From: a virus
Virus record (IMG/VR): IMGVR_UViG_3300012685_000002
Location: 3,411 to 67,410 of that record
Length of the DNA: 64,000 nucleotides
Reading direction: 5' to 3' (one strand)
The position numbers were made by a program, and so were the translations under genes. Below are positions 32,582-43,900 of this stretch, in pieces; position 1 is the stretch's first letter; each line of letters starts with the position of its first letter. Below the pieces are notes generated by a model. It saw only the letters and a list, made by a program, of their open reading frames with translations. It was not told the origin of the DNA and ran no database searches.

Positions 32582-35500
32582 TGCGGTACCCTGGCAGACG
32601 GTAGCGTTCGATGTGACGGTCCAGGATCTCTTGGATCGTGGAAGTTGTCAGGTCACTGCCGGTGAGGCTGCCGACACCGAAGCCAGATGCCGGAGGCAGG
32701 GAGTAGGTCCGCTGGAGGGTCAGTTGGACACCCAGCTCGTTGAATACCTGATACGTGATGGCGAGCTGCTGACCATTGTCCACGACGTTCACGAGCCCAG
32801 CGAAGCCCATGAGCCGGGTACCGGCATGGGTGATGGGACCCTGGGTGTAGACTCCCCCGTACGTCTGCGTCGTCTGGTTCTCGGGGAAGGGCAGGAAGAC
32901 CACGAGCCCATTCGCGGTACCGTCTGCATTATAGCGATCATGGCTACCGTCATCAATGGCGGCGCTGTGCATGTCACCGCAGATGATCGCGATGCTGTTC
33001 CCCAACCCGTTGGCTTCGATGTAGTTCGAGATGACCTGGCGCTCGGTGGTGAAGCCACCCCAGTTGTCTGAGCTGTTGTCGCCCACGGGGGCGATCCAGG
33101 GGACCGTCGAGAACCAGAAGACGAACTGGCCCTGGGCCTTCGCGGTCGTGAGCTCCCCCAGGAACCAGCTGAGCTGGGTGGCCCCCATCATGGTCTTGCT
33201 GGCGTTATCGGGGTTCCCGTTCGGGGACCGGTTGGAGCGCAGGTCCGTGAGCACGAAGCGGCAGCGGCCAATGATGAAGCTGTGGTAGATCGGGCCCGCT
33301 GACAGGATCACGGGAGCGCCAGGGACGCCATCGAACTGGGTGTCGGTGGCGCCCAAGCCGGTGGCCGCCTTGAAGGCAGCGTAGGACGTGCCGTTGAACC
33401 CACCAGTGGAGACATGGTGCCACTCGTTGTTCGTCCACTGGTAACCGAGGATGCCAGCGTCGAAGATCGAGAGGATCGAGTTCCCATCGGCCGCCTTCCA
33501 GAGATTGTCGTGGATGTAGATCGAGCTCTGGGGCGAGCCGACCGCGTTCAGGACGAAGGTCGAGAAGATGCCGCCGGACGAGCCACCGCCCACGCCATAG
33601 TTGTTGCCCGCCTCGATGTTGCTCATGGTGAAGGCGCTGTTGTAGCCGATGCGGAGCAGCGCCACACCGGTATCGGGCTGGAAGAACAGGTTGTGCGTGA
33701 CGACACAGTTGTTCGGGGCGTGACCGTTGCCGCCGAGCAGCAGGCTCTGCTGCTGGTACTGGGTGCCACCGGGAGCGCCCACGAGAGCTCCGGCACCGAA
33801 CCAGATGTTGTTCAGGAAGTTGGCCCAGTCCACGAAGTCCGAGTCCGAGTAGTACTGGCAGTTCAGTCCGAACGAGTTGAAGATGATGCTCGTGTCGATG
33901 TTGATCACGCCTGAGGAGGACCCAGCGTGGTGGAGGTAGAGGTTGTGGCCCTGCTGATTCCGGTTCACGCCCTGGTTGTAGATGATGCAGCCGTAGGCCT
34001 CGAACTTGTCCGAGTTCACCGTGCCGTTGAAGGCACCGATGCCTGCGGACTCGAAGTCATGGATGATGTTGTGGATGAGCTTCACCCCGTTGGCGTGGCT
34101 CGCGTTGAGGGTGAGGCCGTCGTTGAAGACAGGCACGACATCGCGCGAGACCCAGCCGTCATCGTACCACTCGACGTTCCAGAACCAGGTGTAGTCACAG
34201 CCGAAGTGGACGGCGTCGCCAGAGGCCGAGGAGTTGGCACGATTGCGGATCTTCCACTTCTCGCCTGGGTAGGCACGGAAGATGACCTTGGAGTCGGGAG
34301 CATCGACTCCTGATCCCAGCAGCCCGCTGACAGCCGTACCAATGTTGAGCGTCGTCGTCCCCGTATCATACGTCCCGCCACGGACGGCGATCACCTTGCC
34401 AGGGACGATAGCGCCACCAGCGCCGCTGAGGGCGTAGGTGAGCGACCAGGGGTCGGTAATCGTCCCGGCACCCGTGCCGCCGGTGGGGGAGACATAGAAG
34501 TCCGTGGCGAAGCTCGCTGCCGGTCCCACGACCAGGAAGGCGTTGAAGAAGGGCGCCGTGGCGGTGGGCGTGGAGACAAAGCCACCCGAGGGTGTGGGAT
34601 CAGGCTTCTGCGTGGTGGGGAAGGCGACCGTGCCACCCGCATAGGTGCCTGTGAGGATAGGCGTTACGAGATCCCGTACGTCATAGATCGAGTAGGCATC
34701 ACCGGTGGACAGGACGCTGGAGAGATCCACGTTCACGGCCGTCAAGTTCGCCCAGTTGTAGAAGGCGACGTGGCCTCGCTTGGCCTCGTAGCGGGTCACC
34801 GGCTTCACGAAGATGATCGTGGCGGCTTGTGTCAGGGGCAGCGGGACCGTGCCAGGGAGTGTGTAGATCGGCCAGTCCTCGCGGTAGGTGAGCTGGGCCG
34901 CCGTCTTCGCGAGGGAGGTGGTGTCCGAGTTATCCTTGCCGAAGTCATGGTCGTCCCAGATCCAGTCAGCGGCCACGTTCTGATAGAGCTTGGCACGCTT
35001 GGGGGCGAGGCCCACGCAGTCGAGGGCTTGGCGACAGAGGGTCTGATCGTTCGAGATGATGTTCCAGTAGTGCAGGTCACCGAACTCGATGTGGAGCAAG
35101 GGGTTGTAGGCACGGATCGCGTCATAGAGGTTTGTGTTGGAGCCCGTGTCCGAGCAGCCGCCACAGGTGAAAGCGAAGGAGGCGGGCTGGTTGGGATACG
35201 GGTGCGCCTTGAAGGTGCCAATCGGGCCCGTGGCGACACCGTTGTCTAGCGCCTGATAGTAGTACGTGGCCCCAGGGTTCACGGAGATGGCGAACTGGGC
35301 GACGTTGTTCGCATTCGTCACCAGGTCGCCGTACTGGGCGAAGCCGATGAGCGAGGGATTCGTGGCCACGCGGAGCTGGGCATGGATAGTGGCGAGGTTG
35401 AACTTCACCGCCACGGTGGCTGCGTTGTGCTGCACACCGCCCACCCACACCCACCAGACGCCTTGGGTCAGAGAGGCAGCGGTCGAGACCTGGAAGGCCC

Positions 35501-37793
35501 CGATAGTCCAGAGTCCTGTGCGGGTCGCTCCGGTCACGTCGAAGTTGAAGGGATACGTGGCATCAGCCGAGAGATCCACGCCCTTGCCGATCAGGCTGGG
35601 GTCGCCAGGGAGCGGCAGGGCACTGTTCACCTGGAGGTAGACCGGGAGGCCGTTGGAGGAGTGGGCTCCTTTCGCATCCAAAGTACCGCTCGACTGGACA
35701 CCGGGGAGCAGCGCGCCATTCCGTCCGGTCGGGCCACAGGTGGAGAAGTTGTAGTCCGAGGCGGCGTTCGGGCCGGTGGAGGTGTTCCAGCCGTTGTCGC
35801 ACCAGAGCGCGGCGTTGTTCTTGTCGATCACGTCCGCATGGTCCTGGAAGCCCTGGTTGCAGTTGATCGCGGTGCAGTTGTAGCGCACGATCAGCTGGTT
35901 CACGGCCAGGGCCGAGTTGAAGCCGGTGACCGAGATGTCGCGGCTCAGCGCATCGTAGGCGATGCAGTTGATGAAGAAGCAGGTGACCCCCGCCACGTCG
36001 AAGGTGGCCGAGGGCGGATGGAAGCACTCAGCGACGGAGCCGTTCGTGAGGATGTGCTGCTCGATACAGTTCACGAACTCCCAGCGAGTGGGGGCCACCA
36101 TGCCGGTCGAGGCGACGAAGAAGCCACCGCCGCTGGAGCTGCCGTCGCTGACGGTGAGCCGGAGCTGCATCTGCTTGAAGCGGACGTACTCGGCTTTCAC
36201 GAGGGCCGCGAGGACGTTGGCGTTCCCGTTGATGTCCAGGAGGTAGGTGTTCCCGCTGGCGTCGATCCGGCCCACATGGCCATCGAGGGCGGTGACTTGG
36301 ATGTAGTTCGAGGGCCCGGTCATGTAGCCCGCACCACCTGGGTTGTTCCACCCGGGGACCGCGAAGGCAGCCGTGTCGATGCCCTTCACGCAGTCGAAGG
36401 CGAGGATGATGTTCTGGGTGAGCATGTTCTTGTGCGTGAGCAGTTCACCCGCGAAGGCGGCGGCGAGGGAGAGATAGTCTCCGGCCCCCTTAGGATCGAC
36501 CGTCTTGTGGATGGTCGTGAGGACGCCCGCTGGAGGTTGGGTGGCATAGGCTAGGTAGCCCACGAAGGATGGGGTGGGATCGGCCACCGTGTGCTGCCAA
36601 GAGAAGCCGCCGGTGATCAGGGTGGCCGCCGCAGCCCCTTGGCGGGCGGGGGCAGTGCTCGCGTTCAAGTAGCAGAGCGTGGCGTCTTCGTCGGTATAGA
36701 CCACCGTGGAGGGCGTCCAGGGCAGACCCTTCTGTCCGACGTAGGCGACCGTGTTCCCGTTCTGGTTCACGAGGCCCCAGCTCTGGTTCTCACTGGCCAG
36801 ATCGACCGTCGGTGAGGTAGAGGCGGCCTTGTTGGCACTCACGAACATCACCGCTTGGGGATTGAACGGGAGGGTGTTGATGATCGTGTGCGAGGCGACA
36901 TCGTTGAAGCTATTGAAGTTACCAGCGGCCCAGTTGCCGCCTTGGACGCAGAGGGCAGCGAAGCGGCGACCGGTGGTCTGGCCGGAGTCCAGGTTGATGG
37001 TGTCGAAGTTGAGCGTGAAGCCCAGGGTATCGAGGCTCTGCACACTCGCCTGCGTGTTGATGTCCGCCGCGTTGTTCTTCATGATGGACAAGCACTTGCC
37101 ACCGAGCATGTAGCTGGTGGCCCGGCCTGAGCCGCCCCCACCGCCACCACCGTTCGTGTTCTCCCCACCCGCCCAGGTCCACTGGTTCAGGTTCTTGTCG
37201 CACACGCCGATGTGGGTGGGCGAGTCGGGCTGGACGAAAGGCACGGCCTGGCTCAGATGGTCGCCGAAGAAGAGGACCATGTCGGGCTTGAAGCCGGGCT
37301 GGGAGAAGGAGAGGGCCTGGGGCGTCGTGGGCCCTTGATAGGTCCGTAGGTCGATCCAGGTGAACTCGTTACCTGCGAAGAACCACGTCTTGACGATGGC
37401 ACTCTTTGTGAAGACTTCAATGAGCTTGAAGGTGATGTTCGTGGCGTCGATGGAGAGGACGGAGAGCTTCCCCGCTGTGACCGTTGCTCCCAAGCCGATA
37501 GGCAGCTCGCAGACGATACAGTCGCTCTGGAAGGCGACATCCGCCTGCGTGACTGACTGGGCGTTGTCCGAGTGGGCACCGGTGCAGAGATGGGTGAGAG
37601 AGCCTCCCTTGGGCAGCACCGCCATGCCGAAGGACTTCTGATAGTTCTCCTGTACGAGTGCCCCCGTCGTGCTCTGACCGGTGAGATTGGCCATGACGAT
37701 CTGCGGGGGGAGACTGAGCCCGTGCGCGACCACATAGGTCGTATTCAGGACATCAGTCGAGAGGACGGAGAAGCTCGCGGAGCCTTGGCTCAT
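32574..37793 (-). CDS. multidomain tail fibre/spike-like protein with beta-helix domains and a split PhoD-like phosphatase
   Basis: PhoD motifs GGC, GDLHY, WDDHD, TDLRSNR, DNWGGF and GDMH; parallel beta-helix repeats. Confidence 0.85.
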   Translation of the reverse strand: MSQGSASFSVLSTDVLNTTYVVAHGLSLPPQIVMANLTGQSTTGALVQENYQKSFGMAVLPKGGSLTHLCTGAHSDNAQSVTQADVAFQSDCIVCELPIGLGATVTAGKLSVLSIDATNITFKLIEVFTKSAIVKTWFFAGNEFTWIDLRTYQGPTTPQALSFSQPGFKPDMVLFFGDHLSQAVPFVQPDSPTHIGVCDKNLNQWTWAGGENTNGGGGGGGSGRATSYMLGGKCLSIMKNNAADINTQASVQSLDTLGFTLNFDTINLDSGQTTGRRFAALCVQGGNWAAGNFNSFNDVASHTIINTLPFNPQAVMFVSANKAASTSPTVDLASENQSWGLVNQNGNTVAYVGQKGLPWTPSTVVYTDEDATLCYLNASTAPARQGAAAATLITGGFSWQHTVADPTPSFVGYLAYATQPPAGVLTTIHKTVDPKGAGDYLSLAAAFAGELLTHKNMLTQNIILAFDCVKGIDTAAFAVPGWNNPGGAGYMTGPSNYIQVTALDGHVGRIDASGNTYLLDINGNANVLAALVKAEYVRFKQMQLRLTVSDGSSSGGGFFVASTGMVAPTRWEFVNCIEQHILTNGSVAECFHPPSATFDVAGVTCFFINCIAYDALSRDISVTGFNSALAVNQLIVRYNCTAINCNQGFQDHADVIDKNNAALWCDNGWNTSTGPNAASDYNFSTCGPTGRNGALLPGVQSSGTLDAKGAHSSNGLPVYLQVNSALPLPGDPSLIGKGVDLSADATYPFNFDVTGATRTGLWTIGAFQVSTAASLTQGVWWVWVGGVQHNAATVAVKFNLATIHAQLRVATNPSLIGFAQYGDLVTNANNVAQFAISVNPGATYYYQALDNGVATGPIGTFKAHPYPNQPASFAFTCGGCSDTGSNTNLYDAIRAYNPLLHIEFGDLHYWNIISNDQTLCRQALDCVGLAPKRAKLYQNVAADWIWDDHDFGKDNSDTTSLAKTAAQLTYREDWPIYTLPGTVPLPLTQAATIIFVKPVTRYEAKRGHVAFYNWANLTAVNVDLSSVLSTGDAYSIYDVRDLVTPILTGTYAGGTVAFPTTQKPDPTPSGGFVSTPTATAPFFNAFLVVGPAASFATDFYVSPTGGTGAGTITDPWSLTYALSGAGGAIVPGKVIAVRGGTYDTGTTTLNIGTAVSGLLGSGVDAPDSKVIFRAYPGEKWKIRNRANSSASGDAVHFGCDYTWFWNVEWYDDGWVSRDVVPVFNDGLTLNASHANGVKLIHNIIHDFESAGIGAFNGTVNSDKFEAYGCIIYNQGVNRNQQGHNLYLHHAGSSSGVINIDTSIIFNSFGLNCQYYSDSDFVDWANFLNNIWFGAGALVGAPGGTQYQQQSLLLGGNGHAPNNCVVTHNLFFQPDTGVALLRIGYNSAFTMSNIEAGNNYGVGGGSSGGIFSTFVLNAVGSPQSSIYIHDNLWKAADGNSILSIFDAGILGYQWTNNEWHHVSTGGFNGTSYAAFKAATGLGATDTQFDGVPGAPVILSAGPIYHSFIIGRCRFVLTDLRSNRSPNGNPDNASKTMMGATQLSWFLGELTTAKAQGQFVFWFSTVPWIAPVGDNSSDNWGGFTTERQVISNYIEANGLGNSIAIICGDMHSAAIDDGSHDRYNADGTANGLVVFLPFPENQTTQTYGGVYTQGPITHAGTRLMGFAGLVNVVDNGQQLAITYQVFNELGVQLTLQRTYSLPPASGFGVGSLTGSDLTTSTIQEILDRHIERYRLPGYRNG

Positions 37794-37906
37794 CTAGCTA
37801 CAGTCGAACCGGTAAGGGGTGCCCCACCAGGGATAGGGATAGCACATAGGAGTAGCTCCGTATTGCAGCCTCCGGCATCTGCGACGCATGAGCGTCGCGA
37901 TGATGC

Positions 37907-40900
37907 CTACGGCTGCGTGTAGCGGGTGACAGCGTTCTGGTGCTGCTGCATCGTGGTCATGGCTTCCTGCGTCAGATCCTGGAGCCGCGTCTGCACCGCG
38001 CTCTCCGGGATGTAGACGCCCATATGCTGTGCCTTTAGGAAGATGCGCCATGCTTCCTCCGTGTTGCCTTCCTTGAGCGCGACGGCCATGGAGTTCGTGA
38101 CGATCTCCCGTGTCGTATTGTAGCTCGCCGCCAGGGAGTTCTCAAACGAGTTCACCGCCTGGTACTCTTCCCGCCGGATGGTCGAGAAGCCTGCGAGCAT
38201 GGCGGCCATCTCTTCCGTCCGGTTCTCATAGGGCACCTGCTGCGGCTCGCCATCCAAGTTCGTGATATTGCCGTGATTGTAGATCTCCCAGGTCTTGTAG
38301 GCGTTCCGGGCCATGGCCGGGACCAGGTTGAACACGAGCTGCTTGCCCTCCTTGGACTTGAAGAGGAAGTCGCCAAAGGGGTTATCCGCGCTCTTGGAGG
38401 CCAGCCACGCGCCCACGAGGCCCCCGGTGGCACCCGAGAACGGCAGCGGGGCCCCACCGGTGAGCTTGGAGGAGATCAAGTGAGACGCGAGCATGCCAGC
38501 CGCGCCACCCAACATGGCTCTCCCTGTCCCACGTCCAGTGGAGAGATACTTGCCCCACGCCTGGGCCAGCTGCGGATACAGGCTGAACGTCGGGCCTGCT
38601 TCCGAGACGAGCCAGTGCGGGAAGTCAGAGAAGTCTGGCGTGATGTCCTGCCCTGAGACGCCCAGCCGGTTGCCGGTGGCGACGTGGAAGGCCGAGCCCA
38701 GGATGCCGTAGTTCAGGAGATCCTGCCACCGATACCGCATCGTGTTATTGATCCGCTCTTCACCGGTCATGCTCTGCTGCCGCGCGTTCTCCGAGATCGC
38801 TTCCAGTCCATCCACATTCAACGGAATGCTGTGTCCAGCCATGTGAATGACATCTGGGCGACCTGGCGTCAGGAACTTGACGAGAGCCCCCAGATAGCTG
38901 ATGATGGGATGGGCCATGAGCCCTGTCGCTCCACCCAGCGCGGCTAGCATGCCGACGTGGCGTCCCAGCTGACCCCAGGCTTCTGGCTTGTTCTGGATCG
39001 CTGCGCGCCACAGGTCATACTCATAGCCCGTCGCCTGGATGATGAACGGCTTGAACTGGAAGAGCAGCCGTCCCGCAGGCCCGAGCTTCGAGAACATCTT
39101 CGGCATACCGAGGGCATCGTACTTGAAGAAGGTCTTCTCCATCAGCCGCTTAGCCGAGAACATAGCTTCACTGGCGATGTCTGGGTGTGCTGCAATCGCC
39201 TTGGGATCACGCCAGTTGACGCCGTGCTCCTCCAGGTAGCCCTTGAGTTCCATGACGACCGTGGCAAAGCGTCCGCTCTGCTCACCACCGTTGAACGCGA
39301 GCATGCCCATCCACTTGCCGACATCCGTGGAGTAGTCCCAGAGGTTCTTCCCGGCCCGTTGTGGGAACGTGCCTGCTACGTCACCCCAGCTCGATCCCGA
39401 GCCACCCGCCAGCTGCTTCGACGGCATCAGGTCCGGGCCGATCTCATGAATGAGCGGCCAGATCCCCTTGAGGTGCTCTGGCGGGCCACCACCGAATGTG
39501 TTGTTGTACCAGAGGTTGATCCCGTCCTTCCAGGCGGTGTTGGCATTCACGAAGCGCTCGAACTCGTTGGCCCCACGGGCGAAGGGCGCGGCGTAGACGT
39601 GGAACTGGGTGGCGTTGTAGAGCGCCGACGCTGGATTGATGACCAGCTTCCGCAGCGCGTTGTACGACACCGTGCTGGAGGCCCGTGCCCGCGATGCGAA
39701 CTTGCGGTGATACGTCTCGGAGTTGAGGATGTCACCCCAGCTGAGTGGGCTGCCATCACTCAAGCCGATCTGTGCACCGAGCTTCTTGAAGCCCTCCATG
39801 GGAGCCGCCCAGGACATGGTGGCCCATCTCTGCACCCAGTCAGAGATCTTATCCATGGTGGTGTACTCCCCAAGGGCCGAGCGGGCGTACTCGTCCATGT
39901 CACGCTTGAGATTGGGCATGGTGCTGAGCTCCGGCACGCCCGCCTGTGCGGAGAGCGTCCGGTCCAGCTGATCGTTCTGGAGCACCTGCCAGGCCTTCGC
40001 CACTTTGAAGTTGTACTGGGCACGGCCAATGCGGGCATTGTAAGCGATCATGTCATCCACAAAATCAGGATGCGGACGAGGAAGGTTCGCCACCCGTGGC
40101 TTCGCCGATTGGAGCGTACCAAGCGCCGGAGCCTTCTGCTCAGGAGTCGGTCCCACCTTCTGTGGGATGAAGATGCCCTTCACATCCTCGCCATCCGCAC
40201 CGATGTGGTCAGCGAAGGCCTTCATGGCCCGGTTCCACTCCTTGCGGCTGGCTTGGAGAATGCGAGCATCCGTGGGATCGACGACCTTCCCCACTGGACG
40301 GAACACAGCTCCATCCGCTTCGGCTGGGGAGATGTGGCCCTGCTCCACCAAGTCTCTGAAGGTGAAGGCAGCCTCGTGGAAGCTCGGGGCGAAGCCCGCA
40401 ATGAGCTCCTGGCCGCCCCGGTTGATGAAGAGGCCGATGTTCCCGTTCTGGACATGGGAGACGTAGCGCTTCCGTCCGTAGCGCTTCCAGAAGTCGAAGT
40501 CCCGAGTGAAGCGCTGATCGGTACCTGGCGGCAGCTCCTTCGCGTTGGCATACTGACGACGGAGCTGGAGGAAGGCCTCGATCTCGTCGTGCGTGAAGCG
40601 ACCGGTCTCTACCTCACCCTGGAAGCCAATGTCTGGAATCTTCTCCTTCGTGAGTACCGCGAAGCCCGGCATCATCCGGTTCACATCAACGCCGTGTTCG
40701 TGCAGCCACGACTCCAGCTTCCCAATGGCGGCGGAGCCCTTCTCGCGCTCGGCATTGATGGCATCCATGTCGATGTACTTCGGTTGGATACCCTTCTGCA
40801 TGGCATCCCGGATGTGGTCTTCCATCCCCTCATCGTAGAACTTGACAGCGCGCAGGAAGGGATAGTGATACTTCTCATCCACGCCTGCCGCCTTCGCTTC

Positions 40901-43900
40901 CTCCCAGGTGTCATAGGTCGTGCGCAACCGGTCGATCTCCATGGAGTCTGGCGATCCCTTCGCCAGCTTCATGCCGTGCTGAGTGAGATCGTTGACCACT
41001 TCCAAGGAGCGACGGTTGTACCGGCTCTGCTCTGAGTTGGCCAGGTCCACCATGTTCAGGAACATCTTCGTGAGCGGATGACGGGCCGCCTTCTTGATGG
41101 GCGTCACGCCGTACTCCGTGAACAGGCCAATGTCGTGGGCCCCTGGGTACTCGACCTTCACCTCGCCTGGCAGATCAGCCTTGTCCAGCCAGCTGAAGTA
41201 GCCGAGCTCCGAGCTGATCTTCTTCGCCACCCGTGCCACGTTCGGATCGAGATAGCGCTGCTTGATTGCTTCCTGGATGACCCGGGCCATAGGGGCGTGC
41301 TTGGAGACCCCCAGGGCCTTCCGCAGCGCTTCCTCGTCCTTGATGTCGTAGCGGAGCAGGCCCGCGTGGGCCTTGGCCAGGAGATCACCGAAGGGCGTGT
41401 CCCCGAGCTGCTGACGGTAGTGCCGCTCCGCTGCGATGCGGAAGGGCTTCTCTAGCTCTGGGTTCACGGCCCGGATGGCGTTGAGCACGTTCTGCTCCGT
41501 CTCCAGTGGCGTGAGCGAGCGTGTGGGCTTCACCGCAGGCTCCGGTGTCTCCGAGCTGATCCACAGGGAGCGGTTGTAGAGATCCAGCAGGCCGTCTACG
41601 GCTTCCTGGGGACCTGCGAGACTGTTGTTCTCCAGCGGCACGAGCTGCTGCGCGTACTCGAAGGCCTTGCCCGCGATGGCCTGATTGAGCACTTCCCGGT
41701 CACGGCTGCCCAGGAGACCGAGTTCCTGCTCCACCTTGCCGAAGCCAATGTCCGGCTCACCCTTGAAGTACTCGCCGTAGCGGCCTTCTCGGATCAGCTG
41801 GGCGATGGCATAGTCGTGCTCATCCCGTGTACGGAACTTGGAGGGTTCCACGAGATCCCGGTTGACCGTCATCTCCGAGCCATCGGGGAACTTGATGGGA
41901 CGCTCGGTGGATGCCAGATCGAAGGGCAGGATCTGCACCACTTGACCCGTCGGCTGATACGTGCCAAGGGAGAGCTTGTCCGTGGAGAACTGGGCTGGGC
42001 CACTCTCGCCGGTCTCCTGCGCCTTCCGCCAGGCCTCGGTCCACTTGCTCCAGGCTGCTTCCTGCGCGGCAGCCTTGGCGGCGGCATCGAACTCCCGGAA
42101 GGCTCCCTGGCCCTTCACGCCGAGCACATGGGCGTAGAGGAACTGGGCGTCATCGGGGACGTGTTGCACAGCTCCAGACGTGTGCATGTCCGGGCCGAGC
42201 TCCAGAGCACCCCACTCATCCTCCGTGAAGAGTTCTCCCAAGCTGACGTGCGTGATGAACTGATCCGTCTTGGGCGTGGGGGCGTTCATCCCCTTCGTGT
42301 ACTTCACGTTCGGGAGATCCACACTGGATGGATCAATGGATTGCGGGTTCGGGTTGGGCATCATGTCTTCGACATCTGGGATGCCGAGAGCGGCCCGCCA
42401 GCTCTTGGAGAACGGTGGCACGCCCATGTGCTCGCGGTAGATGTCCGCGAAGTCATTGATGTACTCCAACACTGGGTCCGGGACGACTCGTTGCAGGTTC
42501 ACGGCGTCCTTGATGATCTCCTTCAAGTTGGACTCCACCAGCTTGAGAGCCTTCATCTTGGTGACGGTACGGAAGACCTTCCGAGCTTCGAGCTGGCCCG
42601 TCTCTGGGTTCCGCACGTTCACGACCTTGCCGGTGTACTCCTTCCGTGGCGGAACTTCGACGTACGCCCCAGCCTGCTTCGCGAGCTTGTCCGTGCTCGG
42701 GAGATCAGCGAAGCGCTTGGCGAGGGAGAGATCACCCTCTCCGGTCTGGGTCTCCCGGAAGCCCTGCGCACGAGCCCAGGCGTCGAGCTGCTCCTGACTA
42801 TCGAAGGCCTGACGGTCCTTCTGGTTGAAGTAGGTGCTGCCACCCTCTGCGTCCTGATGCTGCTCCAGGATCTCCGCGATGATCTTGTTCTGCTCAGGCG
42901 TGTACAGGTTCCGGTTGGGATAGTCTGGGTTGAACTCTTGGGGCGATGGCATCTGGAGCTTCTGCTCGACCGTGGCTTCCAGCTTCCCAGCGACCGAAGG
43001 ACGCACGCGCAGCTGGACATTCGGGTTCTGGGCGTGCACCCAATCCGAGCTGGCGAGATACGTGTTCGCGGGGATGTAGCCGTGCTGACCGTGATAGGCT
43101 TCCACCTCTTCCTCGGTCTGAGCCTGCACGGTAGCCTCCCGCAGGGGACGACCCTGGGGATCAATGGGCGTCATCTCGTAGTAGGTCTCCTGCGTGGGCG
43201 TGATCGGACCCTCGCCGTAGCGCCCATGGGTCCCTGGACGGTTGCGCTTCACCACGAAGAGCCGCTGTCCAGGAATGTTCTTGCTCCGCGAGACCATGAT
43301 CTTGTCGGTCATGGCCCGCTCAGCGGCGGCAGGCATATCCGCGAGCATGGCATGGTAGAAGTTCTTGGTGGCCTCCGTAAGGCCCTGCTGCTCGAACTCC
43401 GCGTGGCGCGCCTGCATGTTCTCGTCCAGCAGCGCAGCGGCCTCAAGGGTCTTATCGACCACCCCTGCTACCTCGGGCTGCAGGAAGTAGCTGGCCACAT
43501 CTTCCTTGGCGAGCTCCGCAGCCTTGGCCGCACGAGTTGTCTCCGCTTCCAGGAAGGCGACGCCATCGTTCGTGGCCACGGCGTTGGCCGCTGCCACATG
43601 CGCCACACGAGCTTCCGTAGCCGTCTGGGCGATCTCATGATCCACCTTGGCGTTCAGGTTGATCAAGTTCTTGAGGTAGCTCGTCTGCTCCTCTTGGCCC
43701 ATGAACTGCAGCCACGTATCCGCCCGCTGCGCCTGCTTGATGAGCTCATCGGCGATGCGGTAGACACGGCCCACGTTGAAGACATCCGGTGGGAGGTTGA
43801 CCGGGGAGGAGTACTTCTCCACGACACCCTTACCGCCCAGTGCCCGAATGGCGCTCTTGGCGTTCCCGCTGTACCGCTCCATGGGCGCGAGATCTGCTGG

